This document shows positions 1 through 10,268 of a DNA stretch of 64,000 nucleotides, one piece after another. This DNA comes from Candidatus Hodarchaeota archaeon. GTDB taxonomy: Archaea; Asgardarchaeota; Lokiarchaeia; Sigyniarchaeales; SOKP01. The notes under the pieces were generated by a model. That model was not told where the DNA came from and ran no database searches. It saw only the letters and a list, made by a program, of their open reading frames with translations. Position 1 is the stretch's first letter; each line of letters starts with the position of its first letter. Position numbers and translations under genes: made by a program. Location: the NCBI GenBank assembly GCA_048887165.1, contig JBHLJZ010000006.1, positions 8,210 to 72,209 on the forward strand. Reading direction: 5' to 3'.

Positions 1-277
1 ATTTATTATTTAAATTTTCACATCCTAAACCTACAACAATAGCACCATAAACATTTGGATTACTTCCTAATCCAACTAATGTTCTCTGGGTATAAGAAAA
101 ATCTGGTCCAAATTGTCCACAACCAAGAGGATGAGTTATTGCAACAGCATCTTCTATTTGATTAGCAATTTGCTGTGCTACTCGGTTAACACAGACTACA
201 GAAGAGATAATCGCAATTTTGTTCCGAATGCCAACTTTACCTTTTGATCTTTCATATCCTAAAAATTCTTCACTCAT
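1..277 (-). CDS. UxaA-family sugar-acid (altronate/galactarate-type) dehydratase, large subunit, N-terminal fragment; the gene runs off the window start
   Basis: My own minus-strand translation from the ATG at 277-275 gives MSEEFLGYERSKGKVGIRNKIAIISSVVCVNRVAQQIANQIEDAVAITHPLGCGQFGPDFSYTQRTLVGLGSNPNVYGAIVVGLGCE. The GxRN...V.C and HxxGCGQ pattern is typical of the UxaA catalytic domain. Its ATG overlaps the stop of the upstream SAF ORF (ATGA). It is missing from the ORF track because it is truncated. Confidence 0.65.
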   Translation of the reverse strand, partial: MSEEFLGYERSKGKVGIRNKIAIISSVVCVNRVAQQIANQIEDAVAITHPLGCGQFGPDFSYTQRTLVGLGSNPNVYGAIVVGLGCENLNNK

Positions 278-552
278 TTATCAATCCCCTCTAAATAATG
301 ACTTTTTATATTATGAGTATGTATCCAATCCCCCTTCTTTATTTCTTCAGTAGCAAATCCTATTATCTCACCATATTTTATGATTCTTTCTCCCTTACTG
401 ATATTATTTAGTGCAAATTTATGTCCTACGGGAATATATTGAATAATTTTTATAGAATCATCATTAATTAGGATCTCTTCATCTTTTGGAATATCTTCTA
501 AAGAAGTAGCACAATTATCCTCTTTATGCATAATAATAAATTTATTCTTCAT
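274..552 (-). CDS. UxaA-family dehydratase small subunit (SAF domain)
   Basis: 92-aa ORF with the SAF-domain pattern VGHKFALNNISKGERIIKYGEIIGFATEEIKKGDWIHTHNI. It lies immediately upstream of, and translationally overlaps, the large-subunit ORF. Confidence 0.65.
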   Translation of the reverse strand: MKNKFIIMHKEDNCATSLEDIPKDEEILINDDSIKIIQYIPVGHKFALNNISKGERIIKYGEIIGFATEEIKKGDWIHTHNIKSHYLEGIDK

Positions 553-626
553 TTAAAACACATTTATTTTAGCTCTGAAACAAAAATTAACCTAATAGAA
601 ATTAAAAAAATTAAAATAATTTATTG

Positions 627-2468
627 TTAATATAAATCTTTAATTACAAATTCTAATCCAAGTTCACTTAGTGTTTGTTCTGTAGGGTATCCATTTTCAG
701 GATTCCACCCTATAGCTTCACAGTATCCTTTAAAATCTGCTTTATAGTCGACTCCAACTGTCCTTTCAGGTATCTTATTTTTAGCAATATCAACTCCTTC
801 TCGTACTGTAAAAGCTTGTCTTAGGGTTTGGATTCTTACTCCTGCTCTTAATAATTCATCCATATTTATATCCCAACCTGTAGCTGATTTAATAAAATCA
901 GTTAAAGGATACTGTTGAAAGAAATATGCGAATTGACACAAACCTACACAACTAGTTGTCTGCCAAAGTGCAGAAGAAAGCTTTAAAGCTTCATTTCTTT
1001 CTTCTCCAGGGCGTTTAAATTTTTTAGGTAAGCTAAAACCTGGAAATAGTCCATCCGGTTTCAACATAGGTCCTCCCGCCATCATATCTAAACTTCCTGA
1101 TGTATGTCTACCAGGTGTAGGATCAAAAGCAAATGACATTCCCATAGACTTATAATATTTTGGTGAATGCATCCCTAATTCTTGACCCATAGAATGGATA
1201 GCATATTCAGCACTACCTTTCCCGATTTTTTCAGCAGCAATTTTGGACCCGTCAGCTAAAATATCACCAATACCTTCACGATTAATCACTTTTTTAACTA
1301 GTTCTATAATAGCTTCTGAATTTCCCCATTTTAATTTCAATCCTTCAGTATCATCTAAGCCCAGAATCCCATTTTCAAAGCATTCTATTGCAAATGCAAC
1401 TGTTCCACCAGCAGAAATCGTGTCTAAACCTGCTCTATTACATAAGTCATTTACAATGAAGATTGACTTTAAATCATCATTAAGTAACAAATGACCAAAA
1501 CTTGCACATGTTTCATATTCAGGTCGGTGTGTTTCTTCGAGATCAAGGTCTGGAATTTTCATTAAAGCACCGCATTGAACTGGACATCCAAAACAACCAA
1601 ATTTTCTGTCTTTATATTTAACGATTTCAATCCCAGTTAATTTACTTAAATTTTCCATTGGAAAATCTTCAGCAGAAGTTCCACCCCAATTTTTTATAGG
1701 AGCGTCTCCTGTTTTAGCTACCACATCATTCATCCATGGGGTTCCTAAATCTCTCCATAATTGTATTGAACCTGCTTCAGCTGATTTGATACCCTCATTA
1801 TATTGTCTTGTTAAATCAGTTAGAGTAATTTTATCAGCGATGGAAATTGACTGATTACCTTTTAAAACGATTGCTTTTAGTTTCTTTGATCCCATTACTG
1901 CTCCTAATCCTGATCTTGCCGCAATTCTTCCTTTATCATTGACTATTCCTGAAATCAATGATAATTTTTCCCCTGCTTGTCCTATACTAGCAAATTTTGC
2001 TCCAGCAAACTTTTCATTTAGTTTATTTTCGGTTTCTACTGCATCTAAACCCCATAGATCTGAAGCATCAACAATATTCTTCTCACCATCAATTATTGTT
2101 AAAATTTTTGGTATATCCGCCATCCCTTTAATTAAAATTCCATCATACCCGCATCTCTTAATTTCTGGACCAAAAAAACCTCCACAATGTGAATCACCCC
2201 AAGTTCCAGTTAAGGGAGATTTACCAGCAACCATATATCTACCAGTCAATGGTGCTATTGTACCTGTTAATAAACCTGGGAAAAAAGCTAATATGGATTC
2301 AGCTCCCAGCGGATCTGCTTTTGGAGGCATATTTTTATAAATATACTTCGCAGCTAATCCATAACCACCTAAATATTGACGATATAAATCTTCTGGAACT
2401 TCTTCTTCATTAAAAGCACCAGTAGAGAGATCAACCCATAAAATCTTGCCCATAAAACAATTAGTCAT
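627..2468 (-). CDS. aor: Aldehyde:ferredoxin oxidoreductase (tungstopterin AOR family)
   Basis: 613 aa. It has the N-terminal GKILWVDLSTG, the GLGAVMGSKKLKAIV motif, the CFGCPVQC (CxxCxxxC) 4Fe-4S ligand motif, and a length typical of the AOR family. Confidence 0.9.
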   Translation of the reverse strand: MTNCFMGKILWVDLSTGAFNEEEVPEDLYRQYLGGYGLAAKYIYKNMPPKADPLGAESILAFFPGLLTGTIAPLTGRYMVAGKSPLTGTWGDSHCGGFFGPEIKRCGYDGILIKGMADIPKILTIIDGEKNIVDASDLWGLDAVETENKLNEKFAGAKFASIGQAGEKLSLISGIVNDKGRIAARSGLGAVMGSKKLKAIVLKGNQSISIADKITLTDLTRQYNEGIKSAEAGSIQLWRDLGTPWMNDVVAKTGDAPIKNWGGTSAEDFPMENLSKLTGIEIVKYKDRKFGCFGCPVQCGALMKIPDLDLEETHRPEYETCASFGHLLLNDDLKSIFIVNDLCNRAGLDTISAGGTVAFAIECFENGILGLDDTEGLKLKWGNSEAIIELVKKVINREGIGDILADGSKIAAEKIGKGSAEYAIHSMGQELGMHSPKYYKSMGMSFAFDPTPGRHTSGSLDMMAGGPMLKPDGLFPGFSLPKKFKRPGEERNEALKLSSALWQTTSCVGLCQFAYFFQQYPLTDFIKSATGWDINMDELLRAGVRIQTLRQAFTVREGVDIAKNKIPERTVGVDYKADFKGYCEAIGWNPENGYPTEQTLSELGLEFVIKDLY

Positions 2469-2692
2469 GATTTTTAACTCCTATTCCTTCTTTTTAATAC
2501 TATAATCTATAACTAGTTGATATTTATAGATTTGCATTTATAATTCTTTAGATAGTTTAAAAACTATTATAGAGGAATTAATTTTAAAACCTGGCTGAAA
2601 AATCTCTCTATTTACTTTTTCTTTTTTTTCTTATTTTCTAAATAAATAATTATTAAACTAAATAAAAATGAAAAAAAAATAAATTACTTTCA

Positions 2693-3070
2693 TTATAAAG
2701 AAGCAATTGCGTCTATTTCTAACATCATTGAAGCAACCGGGAGATTCGATACCTCGATGGTTGTACGAGAAGGAAAATCTTTACTAACACCATTATCTTC
2801 GAAAAACTTCTTATAGATTCTATTCATTTTACCAAAATTGTTCATATCTCTTAAGTACACTTTGATATGAGCTATATTTGAAACCTTACCCCCAGCTGCT
2901 TCTACAATTGCTTTAACATTTTCTAAAGTAGTGTATGTCTGGTCTTTTATATCAGTTGCACCTTGTTTAGGACCTTGACCTGATACAAACAATAGATTTC
3001 CAACCTTGACACCTGGAGTATAAGGTCCAGCAACAGGAGTTCCAGGATGTATATATTCATTATCTGGCAT
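2693..3070 (-). CDS. ridA: RidA/YjgF-family reactive enamine/imine deaminase
   Basis: 125 aa with the pattern AGPYTPGVKVGNLLFVSGQ...RTTIEVSNLP...LEIDAIA, typical of YjgF/UK114. Confidence 0.85.
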   Translation of the reverse strand: MPDNEYIHPGTPVAGPYTPGVKVGNLLFVSGQGPKQGATDIKDQTYTTLENVKAIVEAAGGKVSNIAHIKVYLRDMNNFGKMNRIYKKFFEDNGVSKDFPSRTTIEVSNLPVASMMLEIDAIASL

Positions 3071-3093
3071 AAATTTCTTAAGCCCCCATTATA

Positions 3094-4182
3094 TTAATAA
3101 TTTTTTCCTCTAGCAAGTATTTCCCATTTACCTATATATTCATTGTTCTTTATGACATGGACATAATCATAAAGATTAATTGTGATACATACATGAGCAG
3201 GAATTAATTCTAGTTTTTGTCCAATCTTAAAATCAGATCCAATCGCTTTTAATTGGGTATGCTCTTCATTCATGACTCTAAACTTTATTTTTGGATGATC
3301 TTTTATTATTGGCTTTCCATCTCCAATAGGAATTGCTTTTGTACCAGCATCAAGAGTAAATTCTTTTTTTCCAGTTTGGTTCTGAATTGTGCTTAAAACT
3401 GTTACAGCAGGTTCAAAAATTGGATTTACTCTATGCAAGTGTTCATCAGAAAAAACATAAGTACCTGGTTGAATTTCCGATACATCTTCAAATTTTGCAG
3501 CATACATGTATGTTGCAGAGCCTGATGTTGATACGTAATCGACATTAAAACCATTTTTACTTAACAGTTTTTTTGTTTCAACAATTTTTTTCATACATTC
3601 ATTTGTCATTAATTCTTTCTGCTCAAGATTCATCATAGGAGTCAAATGTCCTTCATATCCTTGCAATCCAACCAATTTTACCCCTGGAGTTTCTTGTATG
3701 AATTTAGCTAATTCCAACGCAGGTTCACCTGGATCCACTCCAGCTCGTCCTAATCCTAGATTTATTTCCATTAATACTTCAAGTTCTATATTTGCTCGAG
3801 TTGCGTATTTGCTTAGATCTAAAACATTTTTTTTTGAATCGACAGCACATCTTACTAATGCATATCTATTAAGCATTATCAGTCTTTTGATATGATCTGG
3901 ATCGATGACTTGATTCGCAATTAATATATCATCAATACCAGATTGAACAAAAACTTCTGCTTCTCCGACTTTAGCAACAGCAATTCCTTTTGCTCCTCCT
4001 GCTTTTAAAATCATATGTGCAATAATAGGTAATTTGGCTGTTTTTAGATGTGGTCTCAAATTTACCTTATTTTCCTTAACAAAATTTGCCATTGTCTCGA
4101 TATTTTTCTGCATAATGTCAAAATTTAGAACAAGGGCAGGCGTCGGTATTTTATCCTTCCAATTTTCGTCCAAATTTAACAA
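3094..4182 (-). CDS. Fold-type III PLP enzyme of the D-threonine aldolase / D-serine dehydratase (DSD1-like) family
   Basis: 362 aa. It has an alanine-racemase-type N-terminal barrel with LRPHLKTAK (the RPHxKTxK PLP-lysine motif of this family) and a C-terminal beta domain. Confidence 0.7.
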   Translation of the reverse strand: MLNLDENWKDKIPTPALVLNFDIMQKNIETMANFVKENKVNLRPHLKTAKLPIIAHMILKAGGAKGIAVAKVGEAEVFVQSGIDDILIANQVIDPDHIKRLIMLNRYALVRCAVDSKKNVLDLSKYATRANIELEVLMEINLGLGRAGVDPGEPALELAKFIQETPGVKLVGLQGYEGHLTPMMNLEQKELMTNECMKKIVETKKLLSKNGFNVDYVSTSGSATYMYAAKFEDVSEIQPGTYVFSDEHLHRVNPIFEPAVTVLSTIQNQTGKKEFTLDAGTKAIPIGDGKPIIKDHPKIKFRVMNEEHTQLKAIGSDFKIGQKLELIPAHVCITINLYDYVHVIKNNEYIGKWEILARGKNY

Positions 4183-4320
4183 CTCCTATAGTAGTTTATT
4201 ATTTAATATTAATTAAAACGTAATTTTCTAATTAAATTTAATCTTGAACAAAAACGTTAAATTTATTATTTAATTATTTTTTTATACCAATTAATCGAAT
4301 AATTTTGAGGTGAAATCTAA

Positions 4321-4626
4321 ATGGGAAAATTTATGATTAGAGGATGGTATCCACCAAACAAATATAAGGAATTATTGAAAGTTTATATGTCTAAGGACAA
4401 ACCTCCGTACCCAGATTTTCTAAAAAAAACTTTAAATGTAACTACTGTAAATGCAGATGGAAATTGGCAAACTTATGCATTGTATGAATTTCCAGATGAT
4501 AAAACTAAAGAGGCGACAAATGCTCTCTTGAAAAGATACGCTCTTTATACCACTGTTGAGGGTTATAGATTTGTTGTAGAAAATGTTATGGATGCTGAGG
4601 AGGGAATAAAGCTCCTTATGGGTTAA
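4321..4626 (+). CDS. Hypothetical small protein (101 aa)
   Basis: Intact ORF with ATG start and non-repetitive composition, in its own intergenic slot. I recognised no motif. Confidence 0.4.
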   Translation: MGKFMIRGWYPPNKYKELLKVYMSKDKPPYPDFLKKTLNVTTVNADGNWQTYALYEFPDDKTKEATNALLKRYALYTTVEGYRFVVENVMDAEEGIKLLMG

Positions 4627-4814
4627 ATAAAGAATATAAATTTTCTCTTCTAAAATTAACTTTTCTTTATTTTTTAATTAACAACAATCTTACAAATTTA
4701 AAAATTCTATGTTTAATTAGAATTCTATTTTGAAATAGAAAATAAAATAGAAAAAAATATTTTGTAATGTTCTTTCTTTACAATAATTTAATAATTTTTC
4801 TATGGTGTAATTAG

Positions 4815-6164
4815 GTGTCAAAAAAGTTTTCAAAAGAGCCATTGAGAGGGATGGAAGATTATTATCCACCTGACTTTCGTGAGATTAACTGGGTAATTGA
4901 GAATATCCGAGATATTGCGGAACTTTACTGTTATGAAGAGTATGAAACTCCACCGCTCGAACCTATCGAAATCTTTGCTGCAAAGTCTTCAGATGAGCTA
5001 GTAAATGAGCAATCATTCATTGTTGAAAAAAAGGAAGGAGAAAGACTAATTCTAATTCCTGAACTTACTCCTAGCTTAGCTCGTATCGTAGCTCGTAAAA
5101 GTCAAGAACTTAAAAAACCATTAAGATGGTTTTCAGTTCCAACCTGTTTCCGTTATGAACGACCTCAAAAAGGACGACGTAGGGTATTCAAACAAATCAA
5201 TTTTGATATCTTAGGTGAAAATAACCTATATGCTGATCTTGAAATATTTAATATAATAGTAGACATTTTTTCCCAATTTGGTGCAACCTCAAAACAATAC
5301 CAAATTTATTATAATAGTCGTAAGTTCATGGATGCTTTATCTAGTCTTATACTTGAAATTCCTAAAGAAAAGATTCCTTTTATTTATAAAGTATTAGATA
5401 AATCAGATAAAATGGAAGAAGAAGAGTTTGAAAAATATGTTTATGACTTTTTTGAAAACGAAATTGTTGTTCAGAATATCTTGAAATTAAAAAAATCTAA
5501 TTCAATTGAAGAGTTAATGAAAAAATTTGATAAAATTCCAGATCAATTCTATGAATCTGATGGTTATAAAGAATTAGTAAATTTTGAAAAGTTATTATCT
5601 GATGCAAACCTCTCAGAGTATTGTAGCTTCTCTTCAAGCGTTGTAAGAGGTTTAGATTATTACACGGGCATTGTATATGAAGTATATGATACTGGAAAAG
5701 AAAATATTCGTAGTATTTTTGGCGGAGGTCGATATGATGATTTACTATCCATTTTTACAGATGAATTGATACCAGCAACAGGGTTTGGATTAGGTATTCT
5801 TATGTTAACCTTATTTTTAAGAACCTATGATCTGATTCCTGAAGAAATTAAGGAGAAAGATTATACTGATACCGTCTACATAGCATCCATAAGTGAAGAT
5901 GTGTCAGTTTATGCCTTGAAATTAGCTAATTTAGTTCGTGGAGAAGATTTTCCTTGCCTTGTTGATTATCGTTTCAGCAATTTGAAAAATCAATTAAGTA
6001 AAGCTAATGAATTAGGAGTTTTGATAACATTGATAATTGGACCAAACGAAATGGAACAAAATGAAGTCACAATTAAAAATATGAAGACTCAAAAACAAAA
6101 AACTATTAAAATCGAAGATCTTATTGAAGAAATATATAATATAATAGATGAATATGAGGATTAA
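4815..6164 (+). CDS. hisS: Histidine--tRNA ligase
   Basis: 449 aa. It carries the class II motif-2 region RWFSVPTCFRYERPQKGRRRVFKQINFDILG, the motif GGGRYDDL, and a C-terminal anticodon-binding domain. The start is probably the GTG at 4815. Confidence 0.9.
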   Translation: MSKKFSKEPLRGMEDYYPPDFREINWVIENIRDIAELYCYEEYETPPLEPIEIFAAKSSDELVNEQSFIVEKKEGERLILIPELTPSLARIVARKSQELKKPLRWFSVPTCFRYERPQKGRRRVFKQINFDILGENNLYADLEIFNIIVDIFSQFGATSKQYQIYYNSRKFMDALSSLILEIPKEKIPFIYKVLDKSDKMEEEEFEKYVYDFFENEIVVQNILKLKKSNSIEELMKKFDKIPDQFYESDGYKELVNFEKLLSDANLSEYCSFSSSVVRGLDYYTGIVYEVYDTGKENIRSIFGGGRYDDLLSIFTDELIPATGFGLGILMLTLFLRTYDLIPEEIKEKDYTDTVYIASISEDVSVYALKLANLVRGEDFPCLVDYRFSNLKNQLSKANELGVLITLIIGPNEMEQNEVTIKNMKTQKQKTIKIEDLIEEIYNIIDEYED

Positions 6165-6169
6165 AAAAG

Positions 6170-6667
6170 TTGAGTGAAAATATTAGAATTGTACAATTAA
6201 AATCTATGCGTGCGGCATATTTTTACGCGTTCTCAGAGGCTCCAGAAGAGGATTCTTGGAAAAAGATGGAATTCTGGGCAATTAATTCAGGACTTTTTAA
6301 AAAAAGTTCGAAATCTCGCATTTTTGGAAGAAATATTTATCCAACAGAGAATCCAGAACCACATGGATATAGTTACTATATAACAATTACACCTGAAATT
6401 AAAGTTGATAAAGAAATATTCATTCGAATAATACCAGGAGGTCTTTATGCTCTGTCTAGATGTGAGGGTTTTGAGGAAATGAGTAATAGATGGGCTGGTT
6501 TATGGAAATGGGTAAATTCAAGTAAATATAAATACATAGGGGAAACCAAGAGCGAAGTTGGATTTGAATTAGGTTTTGAAGAACACCTTAATTGGTATCC
6601 TTTTATGGTAGAAAAAAGTGAAAAAACTATGATCTTTGATCTCATGCTCCAGTTATGGGAAGAATAG
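6170..6667 (+). CDS. GyrI-like small-molecule-binding domain protein
   Basis: 165 aa with the pattern IVQLKSMRAAYF...IFGRNIYP...YSYYITI...IPGGLYALSRCEG...W..LWKWV, typical of GyrI-like/AraC effector-binding domains. TTG start. Confidence 0.55.
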   Translation: MSENIRIVQLKSMRAAYFYAFSEAPEEDSWKKMEFWAINSGLFKKSSKSRIFGRNIYPTENPEPHGYSYYITITPEIKVDKEIFIRIIPGGLYALSRCEGFEEMSNRWAGLWKWVNSSKYKYIGETKSEVGFELGFEEHLNWYPFMVEKSEKTMIFDLMLQLWEE

Positions 6668-6723
6668 AGTCTTTTGGTAAGAATAATATTATTTAAAATA
6701 CTCATTAGAAATAAGATTATCTT

Positions 6724-7647
6724 ATGAATTTCATTGAACAATTAATCCAATCAATAAAGGAAAAACGCAGCGTTGTGTGTATGGGACTCGATCCCCGGAT
6801 AGAAAATGATGGAGAAATTCCAAAATATTTAATCGAAGAATTAGAAGATCCAAATAAAATTATATTAGAATTTAATAAAACTTTAATTGAAAATACTTTT
6901 GATCTAATCCCAATTATAAAACCTCAAATTGCCTTTTATGAAAAATATGATGCATTAACAGCATTAAAAGAAACGATAAAATTTGCGCATAAACATGATT
7001 TATTAGTCATTTTAGATTCTAAAAGAAATGACATCGCTAGCACATCTAAAGCTTATGCAGATGCAACATTTCAATTATATAATGCGGATGCTTGTACTTT
7101 GAATGCTTACTTTGGAATTGATGGGATTAGACCCTATTTAGATTATTATAAGGATAGGGGATTGTTTATTCTTGTTAAAACTTCAAACCCGAGCAGCAAA
7201 GATTTTCAAGATCTTTTTAGTGCGAGTATACGGGAAGAAATTGACTCCAAAATTCAAGTTGAAGTAACTAATATTACATTAGAGAGAAATTACATCCAAA
7301 TGGCTAAATTGGTTTATAATTGGGCAAGAGATTTACCTAAGTTTTCTGGTTTTCATAATCTAGGAGTTGTAGTTGGAGCAACTTATCCTGAGCAATTGAA
7401 AAAAGTTAGAGATCTTGTAAAAGACTCATTTATTTTGATGCCTGGCTATGGAGCACAGGGTGCACAAGCGAAGGATCTAAAATATGCATTTTTAAAAAAT
7501 GGTCTTGGTGGAATTGTTAATTCGTCAAGAGGCATAATTTATGCTTATAATAAGTCAAAAGAATACTCTCCCCATGAATTTGAAGCAGCAGCTAGAAATG
7601 AGATTATTAATATGAACAGAATTATTAATAAAGAGTTTAAACTATAA
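6724..7647 (+). CDS. pyrF: Orotidine 5'-phosphate decarboxylase, type 2
   Basis: 307 aa with VCMGLDPR, KPQIAFYE, ILDSKRNDIAST and PGYGAQG, motifs of the long (type 2) OMP decarboxylases. Confidence 0.85.
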   Translation: MNFIEQLIQSIKEKRSVVCMGLDPRIENDGEIPKYLIEELEDPNKIILEFNKTLIENTFDLIPIIKPQIAFYEKYDALTALKETIKFAHKHDLLVILDSKRNDIASTSKAYADATFQLYNADACTLNAYFGIDGIRPYLDYYKDRGLFILVKTSNPSSKDFQDLFSASIREEIDSKIQVEVTNITLERNYIQMAKLVYNWARDLPKFSGFHNLGVVVGATYPEQLKKVRDLVKDSFILMPGYGAQGAQAKDLKYAFLKNGLGGIVNSSRGIIYAYNKSKEYSPHEFEAAARNEIINMNRIINKEFKL

Positions 7648-7654
7648 AATTTTA

Positions 7655-8080
7655 TTAATAAGTGTAAACAAGGTCGCCCAATACAAAACCCATGGCAAAT
7701 AATGCCGCGGTAATAGGAACTATCAAAAATATCGCAATTATAATCGACTTTTTAATTCCGATTCTATGTAATAAATTCACAACATTTATTTCGACGAAAA
7801 CTGATATTACAATGGTGGGGATAAGCACTTCTAGAGGAGGTGGCCCACGCCAAATAAACATTCCTAACAACATCATTGGTGAACTTATAAAAAAAATTAT
7901 TCCAAATTGAATTCCAAAACTAATTGCAGTCCACTTCATACTTTTTCTTACTTGTGCTTTAGAAATAGCTAAACCGATTTTTAAAATGAAAATACACGCT
8001 ATTAACAATGAAATCATCATAATAATAGGAGTATAATTATCCATTGAACCAATTTGAGGTTGAAATAGAATTAGCAACAT
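7655..8080 (-). CDS. Small integral membrane protein (about 4 TM)
   Basis: 141 aa, strongly hydrophobic with several 20-residue apolar stretches. No motif recognised. Confidence 0.5.
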   Translation of the reverse strand: MLLILFQPQIGSMDNYTPIIMMISLLIACIFILKIGLAISKAQVRKSMKWTAISFGIQFGIIFFISSPMMLLGMFIWRGPPPLEVLIPTIVISVFVEINVVNLLHRIGIKKSIIIAIFLIVPITAALFAMGFVLGDLVYTY

Positions 8081-8278
8081 CTTAAATTCCTAAATGTATC
8101 TTTAATTTTATGTATTTAATTCATAAACTTATAAAAGATACATAAAAGATTTTTGATTTAAAGTTAATTTTTTTAATCAAAGGTTTTAAAATAAAATAAT
8201 ACATTAAACTTCATATTAATTATAAAACCAAAAAGATTGGAGGAAATTTCAAAAAAAGAAAAGAAGGAATGATATGCA

Positions 8279-10255
8279 ATGGTAGAAACTAAGAACATTC
8301 AAGTTAATGAAAGCGATGATATCCGAATTTTCATTGCAATTTGTCAATGAGGCCTAAATGTTGCAGAAATTATTGACACTGTAGCCTTATCAGAGTTTTC
8401 GAAAACATTACCAAATGTTGTCGAGGCTGTAGACTATATATCATTATGTACTGAGCCAGGAGCAGAATTTATTAAAGAAAAAATGATTGAGAGTAATGCT
8501 AATCGATTAGTAGTAGCTTCTTGTACTCCAAAAACTCATGAACCGGTCTTTAAAAGTGTTCTTGAATCAATGGAGTTAGATCCATCGTTTTTAGAATTCG
8601 TTAATATCCGTGAACATTCAAGTTTCGTTCATAGACAAGATAAACAAGGAGCACAGAGTACCGCAGAAGACGCTATTCGATCTGGAGTTGCTAGAGCTGC
8701 ACTTTTAGAGAAAATTTTAATAAAAGAAGTTGATATAACTAAAAAAGCTTTAATTATCGGTGGAGGAGTTGCAGGCTTAACTGCTGCTGTAGATTTGGCT
8801 GATGAAGGGTTTGAGGTGTACTTAGTTGAGAAAAGTCCTACTATCGGTGGAAAAATGGCGATGCTCGATCGTACCTTTCCCACTGATGACTGTAGTATTT
8901 GAATATTAGGACCAGTTATGCTAGAAGCTGCAAGAACCCCAAGATTAAATCTTTACACCTATAGTGAAATTGAAGATATATCTGGATTTGTAGGAAACTT
9001 TAAAGTAAAAATAAGGAAGAAAGCAAGATATGTAAATAATGACTGTAATGGATGCGGTTCGTGCTTTGAAGTTTGTCCTGCTTACGGGTATGATGAATTT
9101 AATGAAGGGTTGAATCCCCGAAAAGCAATATATATCTCTTTTGCTCAAGCTGTACCTTCTATTGCTCAAATTGATATGACAAGATGTATAAAATGTGGAT
9201 TATGTGAAGGTGTTTGCGAAGTCGATGCAATAGATTTTGACCAACAAGATGAAATTGTAGAAATAGAAGTTGGTTCTATTGCTGTTGCAACTGGTTGGGA
9301 TGAATATAAACCAGAAATAGGATATTTAGGTTATAATGTTTATCCTAATGTTATAACTCAAATGAAACTAGAAAGAATACTAGCTCCAAACGGTCCAACA
9401 GTTGGACATCTTGTTAGACCGTCTGATGGAAAGAAGCCAGAAAAAGTCCTATTTATTCAATGTGTAGGTTCAAGAGATTTATCAAGACAAACCTACTGTA
9501 GTGCGGGAGTATGTTGTATGATTTCAATTAAAAATACTAAGCTCATTAAACAGCATTATCCTGAAATCGATATAAGTGTTGCGTATATGGATATAAGAGC
9601 TGCTGGTAAGAATTATGAGGAATATTTTACAGCGTCTCGAAAAGAGGGCATTAAATACATACGGACTAATGTTTCAAAAATTTATGAAGATCCTGAAACC
9701 CATAATCTCAAAGTCATATTACAAAATACATTAAGTAATACTGGATTAAAAGAGTACGAATATGACATGGTTGTGTTATCTGCTGCAATGCTTCCAGCGA
9801 GAGGAGTAGAGAAAATAGGAAAGATATTGAAACTTGAAACTAGTCAAGACGGATTTTTTAAGGAATTTCACGCACGTTTAAATCCAATAGATACAAAAAT
9901 CCCTGGAATTGTACTTGCTGGAGTTGCACAGGGACCTAAATCAATCGCAGAATCAATTGCTCAAGGTAGAGCTGCAGCATCTTCTCTTGCAAGATTAATG
10001 GGAAAAGATAAATATAGAATTTTGCTGATTCGAGCTACAGTTGATACTGAAAAGTGTGCAAAATGTGGATTATGTGAATTAAATTGTCCTTACGATGCTA
10101 TTCAAACTACAGCCGAAGGTGCTGTTGTTGATGAGATCTTATGTAGAGGTTGTGGCTCATGTTTAGCTAATTGCCCTTCAGAAGCTATAACACTACGATA
10201 TTATCGAGAACCTCAATATGAAAAACAAATAGATGCTATATTAGAGGAAATATAG
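8279..10255 (+). CDS. hdrA: Heterodisulfide reductase subunit A (HdrA), a selenoprotein with two in-frame UGA codons
   Basis: ATG at 8279. In-frame TGAs lie at 8348-8350 and 8900-8902. Translation reads MVETKNIQVNESDDIRIFIAICQ[U]GLNVAEIID and RTFPTDDCSI[U]ILGPVMLEAARTP. Both TGAs sit at Cys positions of the conserved HdrA CxCG and DCSxC motifs. It also has the FAD fold GGGVAGLTAAVDLADEGFEVYLVEK and several CxxCxxCxxxC(P) clusters. The ORF track splits it into 8483-8902 and 8918-10255, which are in the same frame. Confidence 0.85.
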
Positions 10256-10268
10256 AGAGGTGGTTTAT

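Noticed and set aside
1243-2413. Plus-strand ORFs 1243-1494, 1939-2340 and 2189-2413, antisense to the AOR gene
   Set aside because: They lie entirely within a strongly supported minus-strand gene. Their translations are low-complexity, with no motifs. They are typical shadow ORFs.
4815-6164. The HisRS-like gene as the regulatory paralogue HisZ, given hisG in the window
   Set aside because: The protein is full length (449 aa) with an anticodon-binding domain and intact class II catalytic motifs. HisG here is the long form (329 aa), which does not require HisZ. The two genes are also 20 kb apart.
8483-10255. hdrA as a nonsense-disrupted pseudogene, or as two separate genes (8483-8902 and 8918-10255)
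   Set aside because: Both pieces and the upstream 8279-8482 segment are in one frame. The interrupting codons are always TGA and fall exactly on conserved Cys positions. The same happens twice more in the adjacent mvhD. Selenocysteine recoding is the simpler explanation.
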